Source of the DNA: an uncultured Flavobacteriaceae bacterium
Lineage (GTDB): Bacteria > Bacteroidota > Bacteroidia > Flavobacteriales > Flavobacteriaceae
Reading direction: 5' to 3'
Length of the DNA: 64,000 nt
Assembly (NCBI GenBank): GCA_943787295.1
Contig: CALSLW010000002.1
Span: 212,189 to 276,188, forward strand
Below the pieces are notes generated by a model. That model made no database searches and was not told the origin of the DNA. It saw nothing but the letters and a program-made list of their open reading frames with translations. The number at the start of each line of letters is the position of its first letter. Within the stretch, counting starts at the first letter, position 1. Below are positions 51,599 through 60,476 of this stretch, piece by piece. Position numbers and translations under genes: made by a program.

Positions 51599-52946
51599 GC
51601 TCAGACAACTTTTCCCAGTCAAGACTGCCATAATTCCCAGAACTCATCATCAAAAGTGCTGTTCGCGAATATTCTTTTTGGAATAAGTATTGATGCAACT
51701 CTGCTGGTGTTGTAAACACGGTCAAATTAGGGTGATCAAAAGCTGTGCTGATATCTTCGACTGCGATAGGAGCTCTTCCTTTTATTTTTAAAGCTTCTGG
51801 ATCAAAGAAAACAATGGCTTCATCAAGACCGTTCAAACTGTGTTTATACTGTGGCAAAAAAACAGGATCAAGACTACTGTAGGTATGCAACTCTAAACAA
51901 CCTATTGTATTAAATTCTTCAAATTGACGTCCTACCGCTTGGGCCGTAGCAAGGACCTTACTGGGAGCATGAGCAAAATCTTTAAATAGATGCGCAGTTT
52001 TTCCAGTCACCATTTTTTCTAAACGTTTTGATGCACCTTTAAAACTTTCTATGGCTTCAAAAAAGTCCATTTCGTCCACCCCCATTAGTTGGCAAATCCA
52101 TTTTGCCCCTGCAAGGTTCGCAAGATTGTGATCCCCAAAAACAGACAATGGTAAATCCCCTTCATCTGTTTGTAGATAGGTAACTCCCTCTTCTATCACT
52201 GCTTCGGGTTTTTGATAACTTTGCTTTCTTATGGTGTTTTGTGTAGTGGCCACAAGACGCGTTAACACTGGGTCTTCTTGATTGTAGACAATTGCTCCAC
52301 CCGGAACTATCGTATCGATATATTGCTTAAACTGATCTTCATAATCTGCCAAAGTGGGAAAGACATTAATGTGATCCCAAGCAATTCCAGAAATCAGAGT
52401 GACATGAGGCTTGTACCATAAAAACTTTGGTCTTAAATCGATGGGAGAAGAAAGATATTCGTCTCCTTCAATCAACATAAAATCGTTGTGCTCTGTTAAA
52501 TGCACCATGGTATCAAAACCCTCTAATTGTGCTCCAACCATAAAATCCACTTCTTGATCGTGGTAATTCAACACATGAAGCACCATGGCAGTAATAGAGG
52601 TTTTCCCATGACTTCCCGCAATGACGACGCGAGTTTTGTCTTTACTTTGTTCGTATAAAAATTCAGGATAAGAGTAAATTGGCACGCCTTTTTCTTGGGC
52701 TGCTAAGAGTTCTGGGTTGTCTTTTTTGGCATGCATGCCTAAAATCACTCCCTCTAAATCTAATGTAATTTTCTCTGAAAACCACCCCATGGCATCTGGC
52801 AACAAACCAGCATTTTGCAATCGTGATTTTGACGGCTCAAATATCGCATCATCGCTTCCGCTAATTTGATATCCTTTTGCCTTTAAGGCTAACGCCAAAT
52901 TGTGCATGGCACTCCCACCGATAGCGATAAAATGAATTTTTTTCAT
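51582..52946 (-). CDS. Mpl-like murein peptide ligase (second MurC paralogue)
   Basis: IAIGGSAMHN, AGSHGKT, EGDEY and DFAHAP. Confidence 0.88.
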   Translation of the reverse strand: MKKIHFIAIGGSAMHNLALALKAKGYQISGSDDAIFEPSKSRLQNAGLLPDAMGWFSEKITLDLEGVILGMHAKKDNPELLAAQEKGVPIYSYPEFLYEQSKDKTRVVIAGSHGKTSITAMVLHVLNYHDQEVDFMVGAQLEGFDTMVHLTEHNDFMLIEGDEYLSSPIDLRPKFLWYKPHVTLISGIAWDHINVFPTLADYEDQFKQYIDTIVPGGAIVYNQEDPVLTRLVATTQNTIRKQSYQKPEAVIEEGVTYLQTDEGDLPLSVFGDHNLANLAGAKWICQLMGVDEMDFFEAIESFKGASKRLEKMVTGKTAHLFKDFAHAPSKVLATAQAVGRQFEEFNTIGCLELHTYSSLDPVFLPQYKHSLNGLDEAIVFFDPEALKIKGRAPIAVEDISTAFDHPNLTVFTTPAELHQYLFQKEYSRTALLMMSSGNYGSLDWEKLSELIVSF

Positions 52947-53842
52947 AATGCTTTTTGCTGTTTTGTTTGCAAAGCCTGCCCTAATTCAAAGTTAGGGTTG
53001 ATACTAAGCGCTTGCTTCGTCATAAGCAGGGCCTGATCCCTATCTCCTACAAAATCTAGTAGTTGTGCTTTTCGAAAATAAGCCCATTCGAGTGGGATGT
53101 TATAAACTGAACTTTGTTTGTCTATAAAATAATCAATAGAACAAAGTCCTATGCCTGGCGATAATTTATTTAACACACTATCTTCGGCAATTTTATAAGA
53201 AAAGTTCATCGAGTGCTGTGCGAAATAATCAGATAGATTTTGACTACAAAAAGATTGTTTTTCGAGTAAATCAAAGGCCTTTTTATAATAGTCCGTTGCT
53301 TGTGACTTCTTTGCTTCTGCTGCAGCGATAAACGCAAAAGAAAAATAAGCTTTTACTTGATCTAACTTCATTAACTGCTTTGCCAACACTTTTGCCTTAT
53401 CGATATCTCCCCCTAAAAGAGAAGGAACCATACACAATGATTCAATATAAGCTTCAAGAGTGGGAAGATGATTGGGGTTTAACGCTAGCGCACGCTTAAA
53501 ATTCTTCAGCATGGCTTTAACATAAGAGACAGAAAACATGCGGTTTACCTGTAGGGCTTTAATTCCATTTGCCCCTCCTAAGAGATATAACAACTGAGCA
53601 CTTTCACCCTGGTTGCTTATTTTATCTTCAAGGGCTGTAATTAAATCGTCTTGTTCATTATAGCGTGAGGCGAGTTGAATCCTAAGGTTTATTTTTTCTA
53701 GGCGACTACTTTTTGACACTTGGATAGTCTTTTTTTTAAGAAGATATTCTGCTCGATTTGCTTCATTAAACTTTTTAAAAGGTGTTTTATTTTGCCCTAA
53801 AACAAGGGATGAAAACAACATTAAAAAAAAGACAAACCTCAT
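52943..53842 (-). CDS. Exported TPR-like protein
   Basis: Signal peptide and helical TPR-like units (ALALNPNH, ALSINPNF). Confidence 0.7.
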   Translation of the reverse strand: MRFVFFLMLFSSLVLGQNKTPFKKFNEANRAEYLLKKKTIQVSKSSRLEKINLRIQLASRYNEQDDLITALEDKISNQGESAQLLYLLGGANGIKALQVNRMFSVSYVKAMLKNFKRALALNPNHLPTLEAYIESLCMVPSLLGGDIDKAKVLAKQLMKLDQVKAYFSFAFIAAAEAKKSQATDYYKKAFDLLEKQSFCSQNLSDYFAQHSMNFSYKIAEDSVLNKLSPGIGLCSIDYFIDKQSSVYNIPLEWAYFRKAQLLDFVGDRDQALLMTKQALSINPNFELGQALQTKQQKAL

Positions 53843-53844
53843 CT

Positions 53845-54849
53845 TTAGTCTTCATTGATTAACTGCCATAAAGCATCTTTTAAATCCATTGTTCCCATTT
53901 GACTTACAGAAGAAATCATCAAATGCGGAATGTCTCCAAAAGCCTCTTTCATCTCAATCGCATATTCTGCCTTCAACTCATCGTCTAACAAGTCACATTT
54001 AGACAGGACAATCATAAAGTTTTTATCGATCAATTCTGGATTAAACGCAATCAACTCGTTGCGTAAAATATCAAACTCCTTTTTAATATCTGCCGCATCT
54101 GCTGGAATAAGATAAAGTAAGACTGCGTTGCGCTCAATATGTCTAAGAAAATAATGCCCTAGTCCTTTTCCTTCTGCAGCTCCTTCAATAATTCCTGGAA
54201 TATCTGCCATCACAAAAGAGCGATAATCCCTGTATTCGACTATCCCTAAATTAGGCTTTAGGGTGGTGAATTCGTAGTCAGCAATTTTAGGCTTCGCCGA
54301 AGTAAGCACAGACAATAAAGTAGATTTCCCTGCATTAGGGAAGCCTACTAGCCCAACATCTGCTAAGACTTTTAACTCTAGGGTAATTTGTAATTCTTGC
54401 CCTTTAATTCCCGGTTGAGCATAGCGTGGGGTTTGACGGGTAGAGGATTTAAAATGCCAGTTTCCACGGCCGCCTAAACCACCTTCCAACAAAATAATTT
54501 CTTGACCTTTTTCTGTAATTTCCCCAATTAACTCACCAGTCTCTGTGCTTTTGATCAATGTCCCCAAAGGAACATCGATAAAAATATCTTCCCCTTGTGC
54601 TCCTGAACTGCGGTTTTTACTTCCGTGTTCCCCATGTCCAGCCGAAAAGTGTTTTTTAAATTTAAAAGTATAGAGGGTCCACAAATTAGGATTTCCTCTT
54701 GCGATCACATGACCTCCACGGCCGCCATCGCCCCCATCTGGGCCTCCCTTAGTAATATACTTTTCACGGTGTAGATGTATAGATCCTTTACCCCCGTTTC
54801 CCGAAGAAATAAATAACTTTACATAGTCGACAAAATTTCCTTCGGTCAT
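53845..54849 (-). CDS. obgE: GTPase ObgE
   Basis: [21 protein letters not shown] and DIPGIIEGA. Confidence 0.97.
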   Translation of the reverse strand: MTEGNFVDYVKLFISSGNGGKGSIHLHREKYITKGGPDGGDGGRGGHVIARGNPNLWTLYTFKFKKHFSAGHGEHGSKNRSSGAQGEDIFIDVPLGTLIKSTETGELIGEITEKGQEIILLEGGLGGRGNWHFKSSTRQTPRYAQPGIKGQELQITLELKVLADVGLVGFPNAGKSTLLSVLTSAKPKIADYEFTTLKPNLGIVEYRDYRSFVMADIPGIIEGAAEGKGLGHYFLRHIERNAVLLYLIPADAADIKKEFDILRNELIAFNPELIDKNFMIVLSKCDLLDDELKAEYAIEMKEAFGDIPHLMISSVSQMGTMDLKDALWQLINED

Positions 54850-54855
54850 TTTTTA

Positions 54856-55431
54856 TTATTGTAGTGAATCAATTGCAGTCATCAATCGCTGGGTGATCTC
54901 TTCGATCGAACCAATTCCATTAATACTGTGAAATTTATTTTGTTCTGTATAGAACGCTCTTAAAGGAGCCGTTTTTTGATTGTACTCTTCAAAACGGTTT
55001 CGAATCTTTGCCTCGTCTTGATCGTCTGGGCGACCACTAGTTTCTCCCCTTTTTAATAAACGAGTGACTAATTCATCGTCGTCTGCTTCTAATGCTACAG
55101 TGGCAGAAATACTCATCCCTTTTCGACTTAAAAAGGCGTCTAAACTTTGCGCTTGTGCTTGTGTTCTAGGAAAACCATCAAAAATAAATCCTTTGGCTTG
55201 GGGGTTTTTTTCCACTTCGGCCTCTAACATATTAATGGTTACTTCGTCTGGCACTAAGTCACCTTTATCCATATAAGATTGGGCTAACTTACCTAAATCA
55301 GTTGCATTTTTAATGTTGTAACGAAAAACATCTCCTGTTGAAATGTGAACCAATTGGTAATGTGATTTTAAGAATTCTGCTTGGGTTCCTTTCCCTGCTC
55401 CAGGTTTACCAAAGAGGACTATATTGATCAT
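54856..55431 (-). CDS. adk: Adenylate kinase (short LID type)
   Basis: GKPGAGKGT, STGD, DGFPR and RPDD. Confidence 0.97.
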   Translation of the reverse strand: MINIVLFGKPGAGKGTQAEFLKSHYQLVHISTGDVFRYNIKNATDLGKLAQSYMDKGDLVPDEVTINMLEAEVEKNPQAKGFIFDGFPRTQAQAQSLDAFLSRKGMSISATVALEADDDELVTRLLKRGETSGRPDDQDEAKIRNRFEEYNQKTAPLRAFYTEQNKFHSINGIGSIEEITQRLMTAIDSLQ

Positions 55432-55450
55432 AGTTTAATATTTATGGTGG

Positions 55451-55517
55451 CAAAGATACCTAAAATAAGCCTTTTCTCTATTCCCGTTTACCAATCAAAG
55501 ATATATCCGTATTTTTG
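55451..55517. promoter_or_regulatory. Divergent -7 elements for adk (TATCTTTG, - strand, 55451-55458) and purK (TATTTTTG, + strand, 55510-55517)
   Basis: Two back-to-back TAnnTTTG matches. Confidence 0.6.
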
Positions 55518-55529
55518 CCAAAAAGATTT

Positions 55530-56684
55530 ATGCAGTTTTTTTCTTCACAAGCAAAATTAGGCATCCTAGGAGGGGGGCAATTAGGCAAGATGTTGCTCTA
55601 TACTACCCGTAAGTGGGACATCACTACACATGTGCTAGACCCTAGTGAAGACGCGCCTTCGCGTATCGCTTGTGATCATTTTTTTCAAGGGGATTTTAAA
55701 GATTATCAAACCGTTTATGACTTTGGGAAAGAGCTCGATGTTTTAACCATTGAGATAGAACACGTCAATACAGACGCCTTAAGACAATTAGAAAAAGAAG
55801 GGATACAAACCTACCCTAACGCTGCAACCCTAGAGTTAATTCAAAATAAAGGGGTACAAAAAGACTTTTATGTGCAGCATAATATTTCCACTTCAGCGCA
55901 TATGCGCTTCAAAAATTTATCCCTTTTACAGCAGGCAATAGACACAGATAAACTGCATTTTCCTTTTGTTTGGAAAGCAGCTAAAATGGGGTATGACGGC
56001 AATGGTGTTAAAATTATCCGTCAAAGCGAAGACTTAGACTTCTTGACCGATCAAGAATGCATGGTAGAGGATCTTGTACCATTTACACACGAACTTGCTG
56101 TCACGGTTGTTCGAAATCCTTCGGGGGAAGTGAAAACATATCCTGTAGTCGAGATGGAATTTCATCCAGAAGCTAACCAAGTAGAATATGTGCTTTGTCC
56201 CGCTAGAATTGATGACAGCATTAAAGAAAAAGCCACCCAAATCGCCCTGCAAGTTTCTAATGCATTGAATCATGTAGGTCTTTTAGCCGTAGAATTATTC
56301 CTCACTGAAGAGGGCGATATTTACGTGAATGAGGTTGCACCTCGTGCGCACAATAGTGGACATCACACCATAGAAACATCGATCACAGATCAATTTGAAC
56401 AGCACATTCGCGCGGTCTTAGATCTCCCATTAGGCAATACTGACCTTATCACAGCTGGGGTAATGGTCAACCTTGTAGGTGCACAAGGCCATACCGGACA
56501 AGTGCACTATAACAATATTGAAACCGCTTTAAAGTTAAAGGGAGTAACCCCCCATATTTATGGCAAAAAGCAAACTCGTCCCTTTAGAAAAATGGGACAT
56601 GTCACTATCGTCGATCAAGACATCAATACAGCCCGTGAAACGGCAGAAAAAGTAAAACAACTAATCACCGTAATTTCAAACTAA
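55530..56684 (+). CDS. purK: N5-CAIR synthetase
   Basis: GGGQLGKM, GYDGNG, NEVAPRAHNSGH and RKMGH. ATG 55530 preferred over TTG 55515. Confidence 0.96.
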   Translation: MQFFSSQAKLGILGGGQLGKMLLYTTRKWDITTHVLDPSEDAPSRIACDHFFQGDFKDYQTVYDFGKELDVLTIEIEHVNTDALRQLEKEGIQTYPNAATLELIQNKGVQKDFYVQHNISTSAHMRFKNLSLLQQAIDTDKLHFPFVWKAAKMGYDGNGVKIIRQSEDLDFLTDQECMVEDLVPFTHELAVTVVRNPSGEVKTYPVVEMEFHPEANQVEYVLCPARIDDSIKEKATQIALQVSNALNHVGLLAVELFLTEEGDIYVNEVAPRAHNSGHHTIETSITDQFEQHIRAVLDLPLGNTDLITAGVMVNLVGAQGHTGQVHYNNIETALKLKGVTPHIYGKKQTRPFRKMGHVTIVDQDINTARETAEKVKQLITVISN

Positions 56685-57169
56685 TGGCACAAGTAGGAAT
56701 CATCATGGGAAGCGCATCAGACTTACCCGTAATGCAAGAAGCAATCGATATTCTAAAAGAATTAGGCATTGATTATGAGGTAGACATTGTCTCTGCCCAT
56801 CGCACCCCAAAAAAAATGATGACCTACGGACAAGAGGCACATCAAAGAGGGATTAAAGTGATCATAGCCGGTGCAGGAGGAGCAGCGCACTTACCTGGAA
56901 TGGTTGCCGCAATTAGCCCACTACCTGTGATAGGAGTGCCGGTCAAATCGAGTAACTCTATCGATGGTTGGGACTCTGTTCTTTCAATATTACAAATGCC
57001 GGGCGGAGTACCTGTCGCAACTGTTGCCCTTAACGGAGCTAAAAATGCTGGAATCCTTGCCGCACAAATTATCGGAAGTTCAGATCAAGAAGTACTTGAT
57101 AGAATTATTGCATATAAAGAAGGCCTAAAGGCCAAAGTAATTGATTCCTCAAAAAATTTAAACGCTTAA
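56684..57169 (+). CDS. purE: N5-CAIR mutase
   Basis: MGSASD, SAHRTP, AGGAAHLPG and QMPGGVPV. Confidence 0.98.
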   Translation: MAQVGIIMGSASDLPVMQEAIDILKELGIDYEVDIVSAHRTPKKMMTYGQEAHQRGIKVIIAGAGGAAHLPGMVAAISPLPVIGVPVKSSNSIDGWDSVLSILQMPGGVPVATVALNGAKNAGILAAQIIGSSDQEVLDRIIAYKEGLKAKVIDSSKNLNA

Positions 57170-57179
57170 ATCCAGTCCC

Positions 57180-59198
57180 TTGCAGAATCCACTTTTAGCT
57201 GAATTTCCGACCCCTTTTGAGACCCTTCCTTTTGATCAAATCAATACAGCAGATTTTCTCCCTGCCCTCGAAGCAGAAATTGAGAAAACAAAAGCGGAAA
57301 TAGATCAAATTACTCAAAACCAAGCCCAACCCAGCTTTGATAACACAATTGAAGCCATGGAGAAAAGTGGAAAAAAACTGGGGATTATTTCTGGAGCCCT
57401 GTTTAACCTTAACAGTGCAGAGACCAGCAAAGCCCTGCAAGAGGTCACCCAAAAGGCAGCCCCTATCCTTACTGCCTTGCAGAATGACATTAGATTAAAC
57501 GAGGTTTTATTTCAACGCATCCAAAAGGTGCACGATCTAAAAGACACTGCAGCACTCACGCCAGAACAAAAAACACTTTTAGAAAAAGAATACAAAGGTT
57601 TTGTGCGCAATGGTGCACTCCTACCAGAAGAGAAAAAAGAAAAACTTAGAGCGATTGATCAAGAACTCGCTCAGCTAGGGCTTCGCTTTGGAGAAAATGT
57701 ATTAGAGGATTCTAATGCATTTTCACTACAAATAACAGACAAAAAGGAATTATCTGGCTTACCGCAAAGCGCCCTTGCTATGGCAAAACAAATGGCAGAG
57801 CAAAAGTCATTAGAGGGTTGGTTATTTACACTTGACTATCCCAGTTATGTTCCTTTTATGACCTATGCAGACAATCGGGGATTGCGTAAAAAAATGTGTC
57901 TTGCCTTTGGGAAAAGAGGATTCCAGCAAAACGATCATAACAATGAAACGGTAATTCAATCCATTGTTCAACTTCGTTATCAAAGAGCTAATCTTTTAGG
58001 TTATGATTCTCATGCAGCATTTGTCCTAGAAGAGCGTATGGCTAAAGACGAATCGACGGTTCGCGAATTTTTAAATGACTTGAGAAACAAAGCCTATCCC
58101 AAAGCAAAAAAAGAATGGGAAGAAATCAATGCTTTTGGACAGCAAGAGCTAGGTTATAAGACCATTGAAAAATGGGATACTGCTTATATCTCAGAAAAGA
58201 TAAAACAAGTGCGTTTTGCTTTTAATGAAGAAGAGCTCAAACCCTATTTTGCTTTACCAAAGGTCACCACTGGCTTATTCAAAATAGTAGAACGCTTGTA
58301 TGGGTTAAGTTTTAAAATAAGAAAAGATATCCCGGTTTACCATCCAGATGTTCAAGCTTATGAAGTAACAAAAGACGGTGCATTTCACGCCGTACTTTAT
58401 GCAGATTTCCACCCGCGAGAAGGAAAAAGAAATGGCGCATGGATGACCTCTTATCGCGCTCAAAATCATGAACAACGCCCACATGTTTCTATTGTTTGTA
58501 ATTTTTCTACCCCTACAGGAGACACTCCTGCTCTCCTTACTTTTAATGAAGTAACGACTTTATTTCACGAATTTGGTCATGCCTTGCATGGGATGCTTGC
58601 GAATACACATTATGGATCATTAAGTGGGACGAGCGTCTTTTGGGATTTTGTTGAATTACCTAGCCAAGTATTAGAAAACTGGTGTTACCAAGCAGAAGCC
58701 TTAGCACTTTTTGCGCAGCATTATAAAACGGGAGCGTTAATCCCAGCGCATTATATAGAAAAAATCATCAAGGCAGGGCAATTTCAGCAAGGGCTTCAAA
58801 CCCTGAGACAGCTCAGCTTTGGCTATTTGGATCTTTCTTGGCATAGTGAAAACAGTATAGATATTAAAGGAGTTAAAGCGCATGAAAAAACCATCATGGC
58901 TCCTTTTCAATTTACTGAAGATCACGAAGAAAACTGTATGAGCACTGCCTTCTCTCACATTTTTCAAGGAGGATATGCCGCAGGTTATTACAGTTATAAG
59001 TGGGCAGAAGTTTTAGATGCAGATGCTTTTGAATTATTTTTAGAAAAAGGAATTTTTGATCAAGATACCGCCACAGCATTTCATGATCATGTCTTATCTA
59101 AAGGAGGGACAGAACATCCCATGACCTTATATAAAAAGTTTAGAGGTCAAGCCCCTAACCCAAAAGCACTATTGAAAAGAGCTGGGTTAGTCGATTAA
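57180..59198 (+). CDS. dcp: M3 family metallopeptidase (peptidyl-dipeptidase Dcp-like)
   Basis: HEFGH zinc motif, KRNGAWM, DFVELPSQ and YAAGYYSYKW. Confidence 0.92.
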   Translation: MQNPLLAEFPTPFETLPFDQINTADFLPALEAEIEKTKAEIDQITQNQAQPSFDNTIEAMEKSGKKLGIISGALFNLNSAETSKALQEVTQKAAPILTALQNDIRLNEVLFQRIQKVHDLKDTAALTPEQKTLLEKEYKGFVRNGALLPEEKKEKLRAIDQELAQLGLRFGENVLEDSNAFSLQITDKKELSGLPQSALAMAKQMAEQKSLEGWLFTLDYPSYVPFMTYADNRGLRKKMCLAFGKRGFQQNDHNNETVIQSIVQLRYQRANLLGYDSHAAFVLEERMAKDESTVREFLNDLRNKAYPKAKKEWEEINAFGQQELGYKTIEKWDTAYISEKIKQVRFAFNEEELKPYFALPKVTTGLFKIVERLYGLSFKIRKDIPVYHPDVQAYEVTKDGAFHAVLYADFHPREGKRNGAWMTSYRAQNHEQRPHVSIVCNFSTPTGDTPALLTFNEVTTLFHEFGHALHGMLANTHYGSLSGTSVFWDFVELPSQVLENWCYQAEALALFAQHYKTGALIPAHYIEKIIKAGQFQQGLQTLRQLSFGYLDLSWHSENSIDIKGVKAHEKTIMAPFQFTEDHEENCMSTAFSHIFQGGYAAGYYSYKWAEVLDADAFELFLEKGIFDQDTATAFHDHVLSKGGTEHPMTLYKKFRGQAPNPKALLKRAGLVD

Positions 59199-59539
59199 TT
59201 TTTTGCCGCTTGCCAGGCCATATAACCCCCGTCAAGCTCATAAATTTTATCAAAGCCTAATGCTTTCATCGCAACTGCTGCTCTTGCGCTTCGGCTGCCA
59301 GCCTTACAATAAATCATAACCGGTTTTTCTTTGTCTAACTTATTGATTTCAAAAGGAAAATCTAGTGAGGTAATGGAGATGTTAACCGCTCTAGGTAAAG
59401 CGCCATTTTCAAATTCTTCTGGGGTTCTTACATCAACAATGAGATAGTCGTGTTGCATGTTTGCTTTAAAATCCTCGACGTTTTGTAAAGTGCTAAAGTG
59501 CTGTATTAAAATTAGTGGAAGAAAAAATATTGCTTTCAT
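59195..59539 (-). CDS. Rhodanese-like domain protein
   Basis: DVRTPEEF, active-site YCKAGSRS and LDGGYMAW; likely start MKAIFF at 59539. Confidence 0.88.
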   Translation of the reverse strand: MKAIFFLPLILIQHFSTLQNVEDFKANMQHDYLIVDVRTPEEFENGALPRAVNISITSLDFPFEINKLDKEKPVMIYCKAGSRSARAAVAMKALGFDKIYELDGGYMAWQAAKN

Positions 59540-59541
59540 AG

Positions 59542-60354
59542 CTAAAGGGTTTTTATAAAATAATATAGCCAGCCAATCGCCGGGATTAATTCTACCCAAA
59601 ATAAAGTAATATTCTCTGAACTATCCTTCTTTACCACAAAAAGGGCGCATAAATAAGCTATACCCATCAAAACAAAAGCTGTGGGAGAAACATTTGCAGC
59701 CTTTGGAATTAACAATTCCATTCCAAAAAGCAAAAAGAGTAAAGCAATCCCTAGCCATCTGGTTTTTGATTCCCCAATCAATTGTGGAATGGTTCCCAGT
59801 TCTTTTTGATCCATTGCAGCATCCCTAATTTCAAATGGAAGGGTGGCAATAAAGACCAAGATAAAACGCTCTAAGAAAAAAAGATAATGGGTGAAATTCC
59901 AAGAAACCAAATCAATCAATGGATATACCGCTGTCAATAAAGTCCAACACATGGCAACGATAAAAATCTTTAGCCCATATTGACTGCGCAGGTTTCCAAA
60001 TTTTGCGCGGATAGGAACAGCATAAGCAACGCAAAGTAGGAAACAAATAAACAATATAACCTGCCCTTGAAAAGACAACAAAAAAAAGAGGTAAACGGAA
60101 GATAAAAAACTCAATACACCAACTGGAATCAACAGCTTATACAAGCCTAACGTTGTCATTACTTTCTTTGAAAAGGGATAATACTTTATCGCATTATAGC
60201 CTAAAAAGGCCAAAGAAAAAATCAGTATCCTATCACTTAAGGTAGTTGATATACTCCATTGATAATGAGTTATTTCAAAAAAGCACAAAACCATTAAAGC
60301 GACATGAAAACTCGTCTTTATGTAAGCATCAAATAGACAGCGCAGATATAGCAT
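59542..60354 (-). CDS. Integral membrane protein, UbiA prenyltransferase-like
   Basis: Multiple TM segments and a PFEIRD..D...GTIPQ..G motif. Confidence 0.6.
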   Translation of the reverse strand: MLYLRCLFDAYIKTSFHVALMVLCFFEITHYQWSISTTLSDRILIFSLAFLGYNAIKYYPFSKKVMTTLGLYKLLIPVGVLSFLSSVYLFFLLSFQGQVILFICFLLCVAYAVPIRAKFGNLRSQYGLKIFIVAMCWTLLTAVYPLIDLVSWNFTHYLFFLERFILVFIATLPFEIRDAAMDQKELGTIPQLIGESKTRWLGIALLFLLFGMELLIPKAANVSPTAFVLMGIAYLCALFVVKKDSSENITLFWVELIPAIGWLYYFIKTL

Positions 60355-60452
60355 GCGCCAAAAATAGGCAAAGTGTTTATAAGTTTATCCTTAGGGTTAA
60401 AAACTTCCTCTTGTTTTAAATAAAATCTATTTTTACTTATAACAGTTTGATG

Positions 60453-60460
60453 TAAATTTG
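60453..60460 (+). promoter_or_regulatory. -7 promoter element TAAATTTG for gcvP
   Basis: TAnnTTTG about 16 nt before the ATG. Confidence 0.6.
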
Positions 60461-60476
60461 TTGAAAAAAGTAGCAT

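Noticed and set aside
60355-60476. Glycine riboswitch upstream of gcvP
   Set aside because: No GGAGA/CCGAAG/CTCTCAGG motifs, and the -7 box sits about 16 nt from the ATG, leaving no room.
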